Assembly (NCBI GenBank): GCA_044892525.1 | Contig: CM097885.1 | Coordinates: 13,456,001-13,520,000, forward strand | Reading direction: 5' to 3' | DNA: 64,000 nt | Origin: Schmidtea polychroa | Taxonomy: Eukaryota | Shown: piece by piece, positions 48,998 through 64,000 of the stretch | How positions within the stretch are numbered: position 1 is the stretch's first letter | Layout: each line of letters opens with the position of its first letter | Notes under the pieces: model-generated | What the model saw: the letters and a program-made list of their open reading frames with translations, nothing else | What the model was told of the DNA's origin: nothing | The model's database searches: none | Made by a program: the position numbers and the translations under genes

Positions 48998-51900
48998 GAT
49001 GTCCCCACAATGAATAAAATAACTTCTTAAGTAAAATAATTTAAAGCAATAACCTTTGATATCAATCCCAATTAATTCTAAAGATTTCAAATATTTCATT
49101 GTGAAAACCAAGTAAATTGATCATTAACCCTAAAAGACTTAATAAAACAGTGGATAATTAATAAAAAACTGGTTCTAAAACATAAATCTAAATTACTGTG
49201 CAATAACATTCATCACAACCTAATAAACCTCTAAAACGATATAATTTCACAGGAACTATTATTAATTCATAGCTAAATACTGACTATTTCCCTTTAAAAT
49301 TTTACCAATAAGAACATTGTCGATTTAAATAGAGATTTCAAACATTTCCACCTTAACCGATCCCTCACCAAATATTTCTATCATTTTAAACACCTTAAAA
49401 ATCATATATTACCATCTTAACCAACCGACTTTAATATATCAGACCTTTAATATATCAATTCTCTTAAAATCCATAGAAAATTCTTCAAAATATGAATTTT
49501 ATTTAATTGTTACAGACATCCGTCCATTGAAATAATTTAGTATCTAAATTCATGTAGTAAGAGCCCATTAAAAAAATCAAAATTCACTAAAATCAATATT
49601 TTCTACAAATATTTCACCACATTTACCATCAAATACCTAACTAGAAATGAAATATATCGATTGATCATAATTCTTCATCGATTCAGCTAATTATATAGCA
49701 ATTATAACGTGATATATCTTTCAAAATCACAAATTTCAGTATATTTTACAATAATTTTTACAAAAATTAAATAATAATCACTTGATTATTGTAAAAACTC
49801 TAATTATTAACCTAACTGTCATTAAAAATAATTTTTATTTAAAAGTAAATTTAAAAACAAGTCAATAAAATATAGCAAATTATCAAGAAATTAATTAAAT
49901 TTGTCTTAGAATTAACACTAAAACGTTAAATTTCAAAATATTCTTTCAATTATTCACAAAAAGGTTAGTAATAATGTTAGTAAAATCCCGCTAACTCTAA
50001 AAATTACCAAAGAATTTAATGCTAAATAATAACCAAAAATTTGCCTAAATAAAACACACCAGTACCTTTACGACCAGTACCCTTACGACCAATACCCTTA
50101 CAAGCAGTAACCATAGAGGGAGAAAATATCTTGTCGGATAAACTCAGAGTATATATAATAAAACGAATTAACAATAACTCCATCAAATTGAATCAGTCAA
50201 ATTAACACAAATTTTGATAAAAAATCTTATTCTAAAATGGTAAGAAGCGTAAAGTCGAAAGATAATTTTAATAACACCGAGATAAATTAACAATATTATT
50301 CTCAGGTGGTAAGAATCTTCATTAAAGTTAGGAAATTATTTATTATTCTGTGATAAATTAATAATAAACTTCAAAGGGGTTAAAATAAGTGTTAGAATAA
50401 TTCATTATTGGATTATGGAAGGTTAATGAAAATTTACTGAGAAGTGGCATGGATATATATTAATTGTATTTATTTAAAATTATTTCATAAAATTCATAAA
50501 TTTCATATAAATTCATAAAAAACGTTCACTTTAATAAAAAAATATTTAATACAATTTTAAAAGAAATATTTGCCAGGAGAATATAAATGATAATAATTAG
50601 TGGGAAATCGAGAGTCGGCGGCTATAAGTGATGAGGATATATAAAATTATTTCTATTATATGAGCTACTAACGAATTAAAATATTTTAATAATGTGATAA
50701 ACTTTTATTTAATAAAGTATTTAATCCCCAAATGATTATTTTATTACATAAGAAACCGTGAATTGTATTTGACAGAGTAATTATGATAAATTCCGATTTT
50801 AAATTTTGATTAAGTCCTTTAATATTAACAATTTATTATTAAATTTACTATTTTACACTAAATATTTCAAAAACAAATATTCCAAAAGATAATTTAAGAT
50901 ACATTACTCTTTTTAATGAAAATGAGCACTGAAAGTTAAAAGGTACACTCGAAAACTCACTCAAATATAACCAAAAGTTATAAAACAACAAAACTAAATT
51001 CGTTTAAATATTTTATAGCAATTGGTAGTTCTTATAATTTCCTAACTTTAATGAAGATTCTTACCACCTGAGAATAATATTGTTAATTTATCTCGGTGTT
51101 ATTAAAATTATCTTTCGACTTTACGCTTCTTACCATTTTAGAATAAGATTTTTTATCAAAATTTGTGTTAATTTGACTGATTCAATTTGATGGAGTTATT
51201 GTTAATTCGTTTTATTATATATACTCTGAGTTTATCCGACAAGATATTTTCTCCCTCTATGGGTACTGTTCACAATTGGTACTGCTCGTAAGGGTACTGG
51301 TCGTAAAGGTACTGGTGTGTTTTATTTAGGCAAATTTTTGGTTATTATTTAGCATTAAATTCGTTGGTAATTTTTAGAGTTAGCGGGATTTTACTAACAT
51401 TATTACTAACCTTTTTGTGAATAATTGAAAGAATATTTTGAAATTTAACGTTTTAGTGTTAATTCTAAGACAAATTTAATTAATTTCTTGATAATTTGCT
51501 ATATTTTATTGACTTGTTTTTAAATTTACTTTTAAATAAAAATTATTTTTAATGACAGTTAGGTTAATAATTAGAGTTTTTACAATAATCAAGTGATTAT
51601 TATTTAATTTTTGTAAAAATTATTGTAAAATATACTGAAATTTGTGATTTTGAAAGATATATCACGTTATAATTGCTATATAATTAGCTGAATCGATGAA
51701 GAATTATGATCAATCAATATATTTCATCTCTAGTTAGGTATTTGATGGTAAATGTGGTGAAATATTTGTAGAAAATATTGATTTAGTGAATTTTGATCTT
51801 TTAGTGGGCTCTTACTACATGAATTTAGATACTAAATTATTTCAATGGAAGGATGTCTGTAACAATTAAATAAAATTCATATTTTGAAGAATTTTCTATG

Positions 51901-54900
51901 GATTTTAAGAGAATTGATATATTAAAGGTCTGATATATTAAAGTCGGTTGGTTAAGATGGTAATATATGATTTTTAAGGTGTTTAAAATGATAGAAATAT
52001 TTGGTGAGGGATCAGTTAAGGTGAAAATGTTTGAAATCTCTATTTAAATCGACAATGTTCTTATTGGTAAAATTTTAAAGGGAAATAGTCAGTATTTAGC
52101 TATGAATTAATAATAGTTCCTGTGAAATTATATCGTTTTAGAGGTTTATTAGGTTGTGATGAATGTTATTGCACAGTAATTTAGATTTATGTTTTAGAAC
52201 CAGTTTTATATTAATTATCCACTGTTTTATTAAGTCGTTTAGGGTTAATGATCAATTTACTTGGTTTTCACAATGAAATATTTGAAATCTTTAGAATTAA
52301 TTGGGATTGATATCAAAGGTTATTGCTTTAAATTATTTTACTTAAGAAGTTATTTTATTCATTGTGGGGACATCAGTGACAAAACTTGAGAAATATTGAC
52401 TTAAAAGTTGGAAATCGACAACGGCTAAAGAAAATTGATCTTTATTGAAGGAATTTTATGATTTTAATTAGAAATTAAATCGGTTGAATATCAGTTAATC
52501 TATTGAAGGAATATTGTTATCGGATGGATAAGTGATATTTTGCTAAATTACCTTTGCTAAATATTATTTTAAATCACTAAAAATGAGAAAATTAAGCACT
52601 ATTCATAAATTGATGACCCAAAATATCAATGTTTTGGTTACTCAAACATCTTAAATTTCTCGCAAAGATATATTACGTCTAATGATCATCTAATTAAATT
52701 AGAAAATAATTGTTACTTTATATTTCTAACTAATAAGCCCCTTAATTGGATAAATGATAACCATATTTCTATTATGACTCCTTTAATTATTTTTGCCTCA
52801 AACAAATTTACTCTAAATGATAAAGAATTTAAAATTATCAATGAATAATGACCATGTTTTTCTCATATTATTAACTATTGTAACGAACATTAGATGAATA
52901 AATTAATTTTTGCTTTAAATGACTACAAAGTTAACCAATAAATTAGTCGCTCGACATAAGTGTAAAGTTACATTTAAAATATTCACGATCATCTCACTAA
53001 ATTACCTAAGAATTTCTAAATGATTAATATTGCGACATGTTGAGTGTGACCAGTACCCTTGCTAGCAATACCCATAGGGGGACAGAATATTTTGTCGGAT
53101 AAACTAGGAGTATATGGTCTTTATTGATATATCAAAATACTGTTATTTATAAATCAACTAAAAATATTCAAAAATACTATATTATTTTACTGAATGATAC
53201 CTTAAATGTTTTTAATATACATATTTCTAAAATAAATCAACAGTTCAAACCAACAACATGTATGCAAGACCACCCATTGTTAATTTATTTCCAGTGTCAC
53301 GTCCCTCAAAAATACCGTGAGTGTTTTAACAAAGCTGAGCTAAAAGAAACTTTCCAGATAACAACTCACCTGAATGTTTTGAACAAACGATTAGATGGCG
53401 ATTAAATTCTGGCCACAACCCTAACAACATGAAAATTAAGATTTTAATTATTGAATTCGTTGTTTTCTGCCTGGAAATACTAACAGAATATTTTTTTTTT
53501 TAATTCAAAGAATCTTCATTATAAATATTTGAATTTAAAAAAATTAAATGAAGGATATATTAAATTTACAATACATAATATTATATAAAATTATACTATA
53601 TTTATTAATAAATTTAGAATACATAAAATTACACTATATAATAATGTTAATGTTTAAATATGCTTAAATAACTAAATTGTTTAAATATTTTTAAATAACT
53701 AAATTTAAATTATTTAAATTTAAATTATTTAAATATACTTTTGATATAACTTTATTTCTTTCGTTTTAGTATCCATAAAGTAAGTAAATAAAGAATTTAC
53801 TACAATATTTTAATTATTTTACTTAGTAATGAAGAAAATGAATTATATAATTATGAAGAAGATGAACCAGATAAAATGGTGAAACACTAAATGACTTATG
53901 TTCTGGATTTAGAAATTTCTTATTAAAACATGAATTATAGAAGAAAATGAACCAGACAAAATGGTGAAACATTGCTATGTTCTGGATTTCTTAAATGAAT
54001 TAGCTGATTGTGGGTGTCCTTCAACATGAATTATCAGACTTAAATTATGTAAACTTTCAACGAATGTCAAGAAAAATGGGAAAAACCGATGTTTTAGCAA
54101 TTAGATATTGTAAAGTACTACCTGAAGAATATTATTATTAATGTAAGACATGAATTAATTCTTTAAAATATATATATTATATTTAGGTATCTGTGTTTTA
54201 TGGTGGGAAATGACATTGAAAAAGTATACCACAAATAACAGTTGCCTAATAGTCAGGCAGAATTTAATTTGTGATGATAAAATGTTAGATAATGTAAGTT
54301 AATTGCTTTTAAATCAATATAAATTTTAGCAATGATAGTTGACACCACATCAGAAACTAAGAAATATGTCCAATTCGCAAGATGTATTCCATGAAATCAC
54401 TATCAAATGGCCTGATGGAGAGATTAATTTTGAGATAGATTACCAACAGAAGAGCGAGAAAAATTTGTAAATTAAATATAATAGGGTTGGGTGGGTCCTC
54501 TTTATCCCTTAATTAATATATATTTACAAGCTGATCGTCGTGGTGGGCGGTTGTAATCCAACTAGTGGGAGGCCTCTGTAAATATATATTTGTGTTAGTG
54601 AAAACATTAATTAATTTGGTTATAGTGCCAATGACGCATGTATTTTGAAATTATACGTTTCGAATGTACTGGTAGTTGACTACCCATGCTAGGCGTAATG
54701 TTCCGTACGGAAAACTATAATGCCCAGGTTCTTCTGACCCCACTTGGGGGAGGCACAGACGACCCTTGTGGACGCGAACAAATATCCACCGTGTCTTTCA
54801 GGCACAGATATTTGATCACTGCTCATTAGGCCTGGCAATACTAAATGCATAAACTTTGCCTTGTCCTCTCTTGTCTTTATTTTTATCGTTTAAATAGTGT

Positions 54901-55183
54901 GTGTGATAGGTTTTATTTACTAACCATAATTAATATACCCTTGCGATATGTTGAGTGTGAGTAGTACCTTTGTGAGCAATACCCATAGGGGGACAGAATA
55001 TTTTGTCGGATAGACTAGGAGTATATACACCCATGTTAAACAAGGTATGTGTATATAGAATGTGTGTGTAAAATTATCGCTCCTTATTGACAACTTCCTG
55101 TAAAGGCAAACACAGAATACTGCAAACATAATAATACTCTACCCCATAACTTAGTATGTAAAAATTATTTAAGGTTTTTTCAC

Positions 55184-55268
<85 letters not shown>

Positions 55269-55715
55269 GTTTAATGGGTTGTATATGTGTGTAAAAAATA
55301 TTTGAGGTTTTCACGAATATTGATAATAATAATGGTTTATGAGTGTTTTTATGTTTTTGACTAATATTTGCAATAATAATAATGGTTAATGGGTTGTGTG
55401 TGTGTGTGTAGAAAATATTTTAGGTTTTCACTAATATTGATAATAATAATTGTTAATGGGTTGTGTGAGTGTAAATAATATTTTAGGTTTTTGACTAATA
55501 TTTGCAATAATAATAATAATAATAATAAGTTTAATGAGTTGTATGTGTGTGTGTAAAAATATTTTAGGTTTTTAATATTGATAATAATAATAATAATGGT
55601 TAATGGGTTGTGTGAGTAAACCATATTTTAGATTTTTCACTAATAATGATAATAATAATGGTTAATGAGTTGTGCATGTGTGTGTGTGTAAAAATATTTT
55701 AGGTTTTTAATATTG

Positions 55716-55774
<59 letters not shown>

Positions 55775-56136
55775 TCCCGCGCGTGTTAATACTTTAAAAG
55801 AAAATATTGAAAATTTAAAAAATAATAATATTTATGCAAAGCATGTGCAATAATTATGTCTTTGTTAATTAAGTAAACTTTAGTGTCAAAATAAGTTTTT
55901 AAAATATTTTTAAATTTAAAATACCGCAACTTAATATATTTTTGTTCTACCCCTTCATTGATTTAAGTTGGTCAGAATTTAATAATAATTATATTATACC
56001 CTTTGAGACATGTTGAATGTGAGTAGTACACCTTTGACCATTACCCACATGAGCAATACCCATAAAGGGATAGAATATTTTGTCGGATAGATTAAGAGTA
56101 TATATGATAATAATATTCCCCGTGCGCGTAATAATA

Positions 56137-56251
<115 letters not shown>

Positions 56252-56373
56252 TGAACTTGTATTTGAAATAATAATAATAATAATTTACGACATATTGAGT
56301 GTGAGCAGTACCCTTGTGTACAGTACCCATAGGGGGACAGAATATCTTGTCGGATAGGCTCGGTGTATATATG

Positions 56374-56430
<57 letters not shown>

Positions 56431-56809
56431 CTTAGAAAATAATAATATGTAATCAACGATTTAAACAAAATTATATTATTACGTATTCGATAATTAAAAC
56501 AAAAGAATTATATAATCAATGATTTAAACAAAATTATATAATCATCGATAATTAAAACAAAATTATTAATTCTAAAAATATTAGGCATCGTTCTAAAAGT
56601 ATGACGTAATCATTCTAAAAATATTAGGCATCATTCTAAAAATAATAGGCATCGTTCTAAAAGTATGACGTAATCGTTCTAAAAATATTAGGCATCGTTC
56701 TAAAAATATGAAGAGTCATTGTCTTTGTTTTAAAAATGACTTTTGACCATTACCGATATGAGCAGTACCCATAGGGGGACAGAATATCTTGTCGGATAAA
56801 CTCTGACTA

Positions 56810-56841
<32 letters not shown>

Positions 56842-56875
56842 AAACATATTTCGTGCGGGTGTTAATATCTTTACC

Positions 56876-57032
<157 letters not shown>

Positions 57033-59214
57033 TTGATTAAAACTTTGAAAATAACATCTTTCGCGCGGCCGTTAATATCTTTACCCATAATAATGATGAT
57101 AATAATATTTATATATCAGTAGATAAATCTTGCACTGGGCTTTAAAATGAGCTATAGATAAATAAATTCGGATGATGGGAACATTAAGTTTTGGGCAAAC
57201 GAAAACCAGGTCACCGCTAGATCACTAATAATATTTTGAATAATAATAATAATTTATGAGTCATCGTATGAGTCATCGTTCTAAAAATATTAGGCGTCGA
57301 TTACGTAATAGTTCTAAAAATATTAGGCATCGTTCTAAAAATATGACGTAATCATTCTAAAAATATTTGGCATCATTCTAAAATATTAGACATCATTCTA
57401 AAAATGTGATGAGTCATTGTCTTTGTTCTAAAAATGTGATGAGTCATCGTATGATAAAAATCTATATCTCATTAGAAAGTTCTTGCACAGAGCTTTAAAA
57501 TAAGCTATCGATCAATATAATATGTTGGCGGGAACAATAATTTTTGGGATGAAAAAAAGTAGGTCCCCGCTGGATCACTTAATTTAAAAAAAATTACGTA
57601 ATAGTTCTAAAAATATTAGGCATCGTTCTTAAAATATTAGGCATTGATTACGTAATAGTTCTAAAAATATTAGGCATCGTTCTAAAAAAAAAAATAAAAT
57701 TTTTTCCCGGGGGGGGAGGGGGTATATGTGATCTGGAGGGGACATGGCCGGGAGGGGACACATCATACTACTGATGTTAATAATGTTAGTTAAGCAGATC
57801 TTTTATGAATAAAAATTAGAATTCTATAGTCGTCCGTTGTAATATTATTTATATTATTTTCAATTCCATGTGTTCTAAAGAGTTTGACAATTATTTATTT
57901 TTGATGAAAATCATCATTTTTGTTAAATTTAGACCTTTAGAAAAGGTTTTTCTATTGATTGTAATTAAAAATATTTTTGAACACGAATAAAAAAATTAAT
58001 ATATTTAAAAGCATTTGATAAAATACAATGAAAAATATTTTATTGGTTGTAAGTAGTTAGTTGTAAATGTTTAGTATCTAGTTGTTTGAGACCTAGTTAG
58101 TACTTGGTATTTGGTACCTAGTTGTTTGGTTGTTGTTGGTTGTAAGTACTTAGTTGTAAGTATTTGGTATTTAGTTGTAAATACCTGGTAGTTGTTGGTA
58201 TCTGATTGTTGAATTATTATTAATATTACGATGATTATTAATATTACTATTATTATTAGCAAAATTTCTATTTAAATTTGTCTTAAAAATTATTTCATTA
58301 AAATTTCCATTTAAAATTTTATTTTTCATAAGCTGGTGGTTATTCAAACTCTTTGTTAATAAATTTGAAAATATTACTTTAATTTAATTATTTAAAATTC
58401 TAGACCATTGATTATTTAATTTTAAAATTTAACCTTAATTTACTGAACTTTAAAATTTAGCCCTAAATTTACTTAATTCAGCCCTTGTTTACCAAATATA
58501 GCCATTGATTTACTTTAATTTTGAGCATTTCATTTACTTATTTGAGCCCATTGATTACTTTAATTCAGTTTTAAGACCCTTAATTAACTTTAATTTAAAA
58601 TTTGAGCTTATTGTTTCGACCAGTCAGAGAGAGGAATGACTTCTCCCTCTGACTGGCTGAATGAATTCGGCCTTGTGTCTGTGTGCGATTGTGATGGTTA
58701 TTGTGTCAGGCACACAGACGCGGGGAATAGTGATTTATGTTTCTTCTCATTTTTATCGCGTCTGTGTGCGCGTTATTTTTCGTGTTGGTGTGCGCGCACA
58801 CAGGCGCGGAATATGTGCTTTTTGTAAGAATTCATTGGAATTGGGGTGTGTTTTCGTTGGAATTGTGAATTGCCAAATTGATTGTTATTTATTTTCAAAT
58901 TTTGGATTTATTTTCGAACTTTCTGGAGTTTTCGTTAAAAAAGTTTGTTTTAAAGAGCATTTTTGGAACAAGATTTGAATATTAAAATTTCAAAGAAAGA
59001 ATAGCTCAAGATTATGATTATGAAGTAGATAAACTGGGTTTGAACTTAAAGAGTTCTTCTATTATGTGCATTTCTTAAAATCAACTCAAGTCAAACGTCA
59101 ATATGCTGAATAATTGCCACGTGTCGAATCTATCACCGGGCTATCGTTAATTTACTATAATTCAAATTTTAGACCCATAATTTACTTAATTTTACATTTT
59201 ACACCGTAATTAAC

Positions 59215-59852
59215 TTAACAACCTTTGTGTAAATTTGTCATCGCAAACTCTGCCCAATCGATGCCTTCGTGAGTTGGAACTTCAAATATGTTTTTAGGTA
59301 ATGCATTATAAAGTTTAGCTCCATTAGATCCATTCAGAATGACATTGAATCCATTGCAGATACCATCTTTGCCTTGATTGTAAAAGGTGAATTTTCTGGT
59401 GAATTTTCATCGGATAAATTCCTAATTGAAAACGACCGGACAGTCCCAGTTCAATCACAAACATATAGAAATTCATCTTTAAATAATGGATTAACTATCC
59501 GCTTAAAGTCAATAATTTCTGAACCTTTAACTGATTTGAATTTATTAAACTTCATTTGATCAAGATTTAATTTCCATACGATTACATAACCACATAAATC
59601 CGCACTTACAAGGAATGAGTTAGTTTCGTTGATGATTAATTTCGTTATTGAATCTGAATGTCCATATAATATATCAATTGGTTTGCCATCTTCTAAACTC
59701 CATGTAATTATAGTATCATTCATTCCATCAGTGAAGGCAACTCTCGATTTATTGTCGCAAACTACTGACAAAACAACATTCGAATTATCACTCAAAACAA
59801 ATTCGTCATATTCATTATCCTTAGCATTTTTAAAATCCATACCATTTTTCAT
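59215..59852 (-). pseudogene. WD40-repeat gene, truncated or disrupted
   Basis: D.TI.TWSL..G..I..LYGHSDSITKL......FLVSADL.G.V.VWKL; stop at 59451 and apparent frameshifted continuation. Confidence 0.55.
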
Positions 59853-61380
59853 TTCAAAATAATCAACGAAACGAATTTATATCTTTTTTTTTCAAAACAA
59901 AACACAAAAATTTAAAAATCACCTTTTAAAAAACTTCTCGAAATTCCAAATAACTTGACATAAAAATCCAAAAATTTGACAGCCAAATAAATGTCAATAA
60001 ATATTTTTTCCATTTTTTGTGTTCAGCTGATACATGCACTGAAGATTTCTGTCAATTCCTGTACACTTCTGCAGTCTCACGGATATTGGTTTCCATTTAT
60101 TGAAGGTAAATAAATGGTCAAGACTATTTTCATGGTCACTAATAATTGAATCACTAATAATTACTATAAATCTGTCGTAAACGTAAAAAATGCCTTCTTA
60201 TAAGCAAAGAAAATACCACGTGCAACAATAACAAGCGATAAAAACACTTTCTATTTGTATGTTTATATATCTGTGTAACGGGTTTATTATTGAATCATCT
60301 TATACAAAAATTAATTGAGGTTTTTGATGATGTATCTTAAATGCACATTTAAAGATAAAATGTCATTTTTTTCGCGGAACACGGGTTGAGAAATTCTGGC
60401 TTAAACATTAAATTAAAAGCAGACTTTTCTAAACACATTATAAACCAAGAATAGAACGTAAAGATGAAGATTTTATTAAATATTCAAATTTTGGGTTATT
60501 AGTAAGTAGATAATACAAATTCCACCTACTCTTAAAAACAAAAATAGTTACCACTTATTTACAACACATTATAAATCTTTTTAAATATATTCGCTAATCT
60601 CTTGAATACATACTAAATAAAACACATTAAAATTTTAATGTGATCACACATAACACTACGACAAAATTGATTCAACTTTACAACAATTATTACTTCTGTT
60701 CTCTTTACTAACATTTTTTAACACGTTGACTTTTAATTGATAAAAATTTTCTTGTATTAATAATCTGGGAGAAATCCTAAGGATGATCCGAAACTTTAAA
60801 TGTCAATTATTATTTCTTACCTTCGAAATGTAACATATTTATTCAATCTTGACTAGCATCAAGCAGGCAAGGGATTTTGTGCATTCCGGTAAAAAATAAT
60901 TACCATCCTCTATTCTAGTTCAGTGCTCCATCTTGTGTTGAAATCTGATTCGGTTATGTATTTCGTAATCCCTGGAACATTGATTTGTATTCCGTGTTTT
61001 ATAATCGCCAGTAGATTTTATTGTTTCCCAATGTTTGTTACGTAATCTTGCCGTTCCTGATAATATTGATTTTAACTGCATCTATATCGTAATTTTAAAT
61101 GTTTTAATTTTTCGATAATATAAATTTTTATAATTAAAACAATAATTATTTGCACTATTATTTTTAAATACACGAGACAAATTATCATCAAAATCATCAT
61201 GATTGTCTTCTAGTTCATTTCTTGAATTATCTCAACAATCGTTAAGGCTGCACCTTTTTGGAAATTTGATTCCAATGAGTTTTCTTTTTCACTGGAACAT
61301 TAACCTATATGATGTAACCACCGCTAAATTTTATTGTTTCATTACATCCGTTCTTCATGAAGTGCTGATATTGTCTAATA

Positions 61381-61638
61381 CAGGGCTTTTCAAACTGGGG
61401 TCCGTGAGCAATTTTATGAGGGTCCGTATCGATTTTGAAATATATGAAATTTATTTTATTAAACGTAATTAGTTAATGTTCTATAATAATTTCTTTTTAA
61501 TAAATTTAATTTTATAAAAATATTAATAATTATATATCAGGTTTCACAAACGAAATAGTAATTTTTTAGTAAAATGGTCCGTAAACTAAGAGTAATAAAA
61601 ATTAGAGGTCCCTTGTTTAAAAAGTTTGAAAAGCCCTG
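61381..61638. mobile_element. hAT MITE
   Basis: 16-bp TIR CAGGGCTTTTCAAACT, 8-bp TSD GTCTAATA. Confidence 0.92.
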
Positions 61639-62228
61639 GTCTAATATATCTTAAATTTTAAAATTGCTATCGTTTTTATCAACATTACTGAAAGTTTTTC
61701 TTTTGGGTTCCAACAATGCCCAATACTTCAATATTAATTAGGTTCCATTTTCGAATCACTGTTTAATTGCAGATATTTAAATACAATTTGTCATTTTAAT
61801 TCAGTTACATTTTCACTTATTCTTTAATCAAAACTGGATTTATGTAAACAAAGATTACTGTCTGTTTTCCAATTAATTATTTTTGGCTCTGATATTAAAT
61901 TTTCACGTTTTATTTTATCCATTTAGATGAATTAAAACTGGAAAAATTATATGAAAACATATTTTAAATTGTGACACTTAATTAATTAAACGATACTTCA
62001 ATAAAGCAATATGACCAAATTTTATTTAACTTTTGTAATAAAATAAATAACTATTTTCTATGAATAATAAGAAAAAAACATTAAATGGATTAATATTTTA
62101 TTTTGAAAAATTAAACATTAAAATTTAAAATATATTCTTTAAATTTATAAAAATTGTTTATTTAAAGTAAATTGTAAATAAATAAACTTCCTAAATTATT
62201 TGTACATTAAAATATTTATTTTTGAATT

Positions 62229-62906
62229 ATGGCAGAACGCGATAACGATCTTGAATATGAAAATCCAGTTGGATACAAAGCTCCTGAAAAGAAAACTCTT
62301 GAAGACATAGTTAAAATGGATCAAGAGGATGAAAGCTTACAAAAATATAAGGCCGCTTTATTGGGAAGTAATCCTTCTGACATTAAACCTCCGTGTAAGT
62401 GATTTTATTATTTAGTATATTTTAAAATTTAATTTAGATCCCAATGACAAAAGAAACGTAATTGTTCAAAAATTAGCTATTTGTCCAGTAGGACGACCAG
62501 ACATCGAAATTGATTTAATGGGCGATGTCTCCAACCTTACTAAATCACCTATTGTTATAAAAGAAGGAACAAAATACTTTGTTAAAATTTATTTTTTTAT
62601 ACAACGAGAATTGGTAAGTGGTCTCAGATACCTAATGGCGTCTTATCGTTTGAAAATTCGAGGTTATTAATTGATTTAGTTATTAATTTAAAATGCAATG
62701 AATTTTTAGTCGACAAAGATACGATAATGCTCGGAAGCTATGCTCCTAAAGCCGAAGCACATTCTTATAAAAGCACTGAAGAAGAAGCTCCAACTGGTGC
62801 TCTAACAAGAGGAACTTATATCATTAAAAGCAAATTTACAGATGACGATAACAATGATTATTTAAGCTGGAACTGGGCTATAGATATTAAAAAAGATTGG
62901 GAATAA
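62229..62906 (+). CDS. ARHGDIA: Rho GDP-dissociation inhibitor; exons 62229-62394, 62438-62662, 62710-62906
   Basis: YKAPEKKTL..I..MDQEDESLQKYK.ALLG, IKEG..Y, QRELVSGLRY, MLGSYAPK, EEAP.G.L.RG.Y..KSKFTDDD, W.W.IDIKKDW*; GT-AG introns of 43 and 47 bp in frame. Confidence 0.95.
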
Positions 62907-64000
62907 TTTCATGAATGGAAATTAATTATCTGTTTGCTTAACTTTATAACTTTGCTATATATTTAAATTTTTTTGTAATTAAATGATTTTAAAAGACCGA
63001 GACAACCAAATGGTTTGATAAATTTGAGTATTTTTTTAATGAAATCAAAAAAAATAATTAGTATGACATTATTTTGGTTTTTATTCGTTTGTGTGCATGC
63101 GTGATTATGATAATTATGTCAATTTTAAATACATTTTTATATTGTAATTTTCTTGGCATTAGTAAAATTTAAATAAATTCTTATTTTGGATTTTAATTGA
63201 ATTTTATGTAATTGATAGTGCGTAATTATAAAATTAACATTTTATATGGTTTGTTGATTTTTTCTATTTAATGCTAATTAGGTTGATTTAATTTTTTAGC
63301 ATAAAATTTAAATGTTGAATTGTTTATTAATTAACTTTAACAATTTATTTCTTTTTTTAAACGAAAGATTTAGAATGTAATATTTAAAGTTTAAAAATTT
63401 ACATTGATAAAATTATATTTTTATTATAATCTTTAAAGTTATTAGTAATTTTTTATGTTTTTTTAGGTTATATATAAATGTTAGATAAATAATTTAACCT
63501 AGTGTCAAAATATTTCCATTTATTTGAATATGAAAATTCAACAAATTTCTACATTTTCAAATATCTTTAGTCATGATCTTCAAAGATGATATTGTGTTGT
63601 TTGATTTTTTCATTTAACCATTTCGCTGCTCAAACTGTATGTACTCGTAAAATTGAAATATTGATCATGTGCTGCGTGGTTTTAAGTGGTCCCTGTACAA
63701 CATGATTATTCACGTTAGTTACCCAACAAGCCATGTTTGAAACTGAGGAGGTGGTGTTCGTTTTTAGTATAGTAAAACAAATTTTATGCATATTTACACG
63801 AAAAACATATTTGTAAATAGGGAAATATGTGCACATATCTAGTACGAAAGCGTACCATGCAGTGATAGGGTTATATATTAATGGTCTACCCTAGTTGCCT
63901 TTTCAATGCAGCATACTTACATAAATTGCGATCGTCAAGTAAATTATGTAAAGTTTACGACAGAAATAATTTATTTAGTACCTTATCAATGAATTATCAC

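Noticed and set aside
47532..53405. Identical 93-aa ORF pair (and the 69-aa and 67-aa pairs)
   Set aside because: Identity only reflects the inverted repeats; no recognisable protein motifs.

Overview
AT-rich eukaryotic (animal) genomic DNA dominated by mobile elements. Bases 1 to ~13380 hold a nearly complete Polinton/Maverick (adintovirus-like) endogenous virus; its left end lies outside the window. It encodes a protein-primed PolB, a packaging ATPase, an adenain-like protease, major and minor capsid proteins, a Zn-finger/PLA2/rve-integrase fusion and several virion-type accessory proteins. Host genes are the last three exons of a synaptotagmin-1-like gene (C2B domain, 18693-27325), a complete three-exon Rho GDI gene (62229-62906) and a disrupted WD40 gene. 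A full-length Ty3/gypsy element (28040-33027), a Penelope-like remnant, several MITEs and transposase relics are also present. The most striking structure is a 14.6-kb, essentially non-coding, near-perfect palindrome (43156-57772) with Polinton-type AGTAGT...ACTACT ends and a 6-bp target-site duplication. A related 2.3-kb element (35854-38181) has the same end signature. Together they suggest a family of non-autonomous, snap-back-like Polinton derivatives. All calls were made by eye from motifs; no searches or alignments were run.
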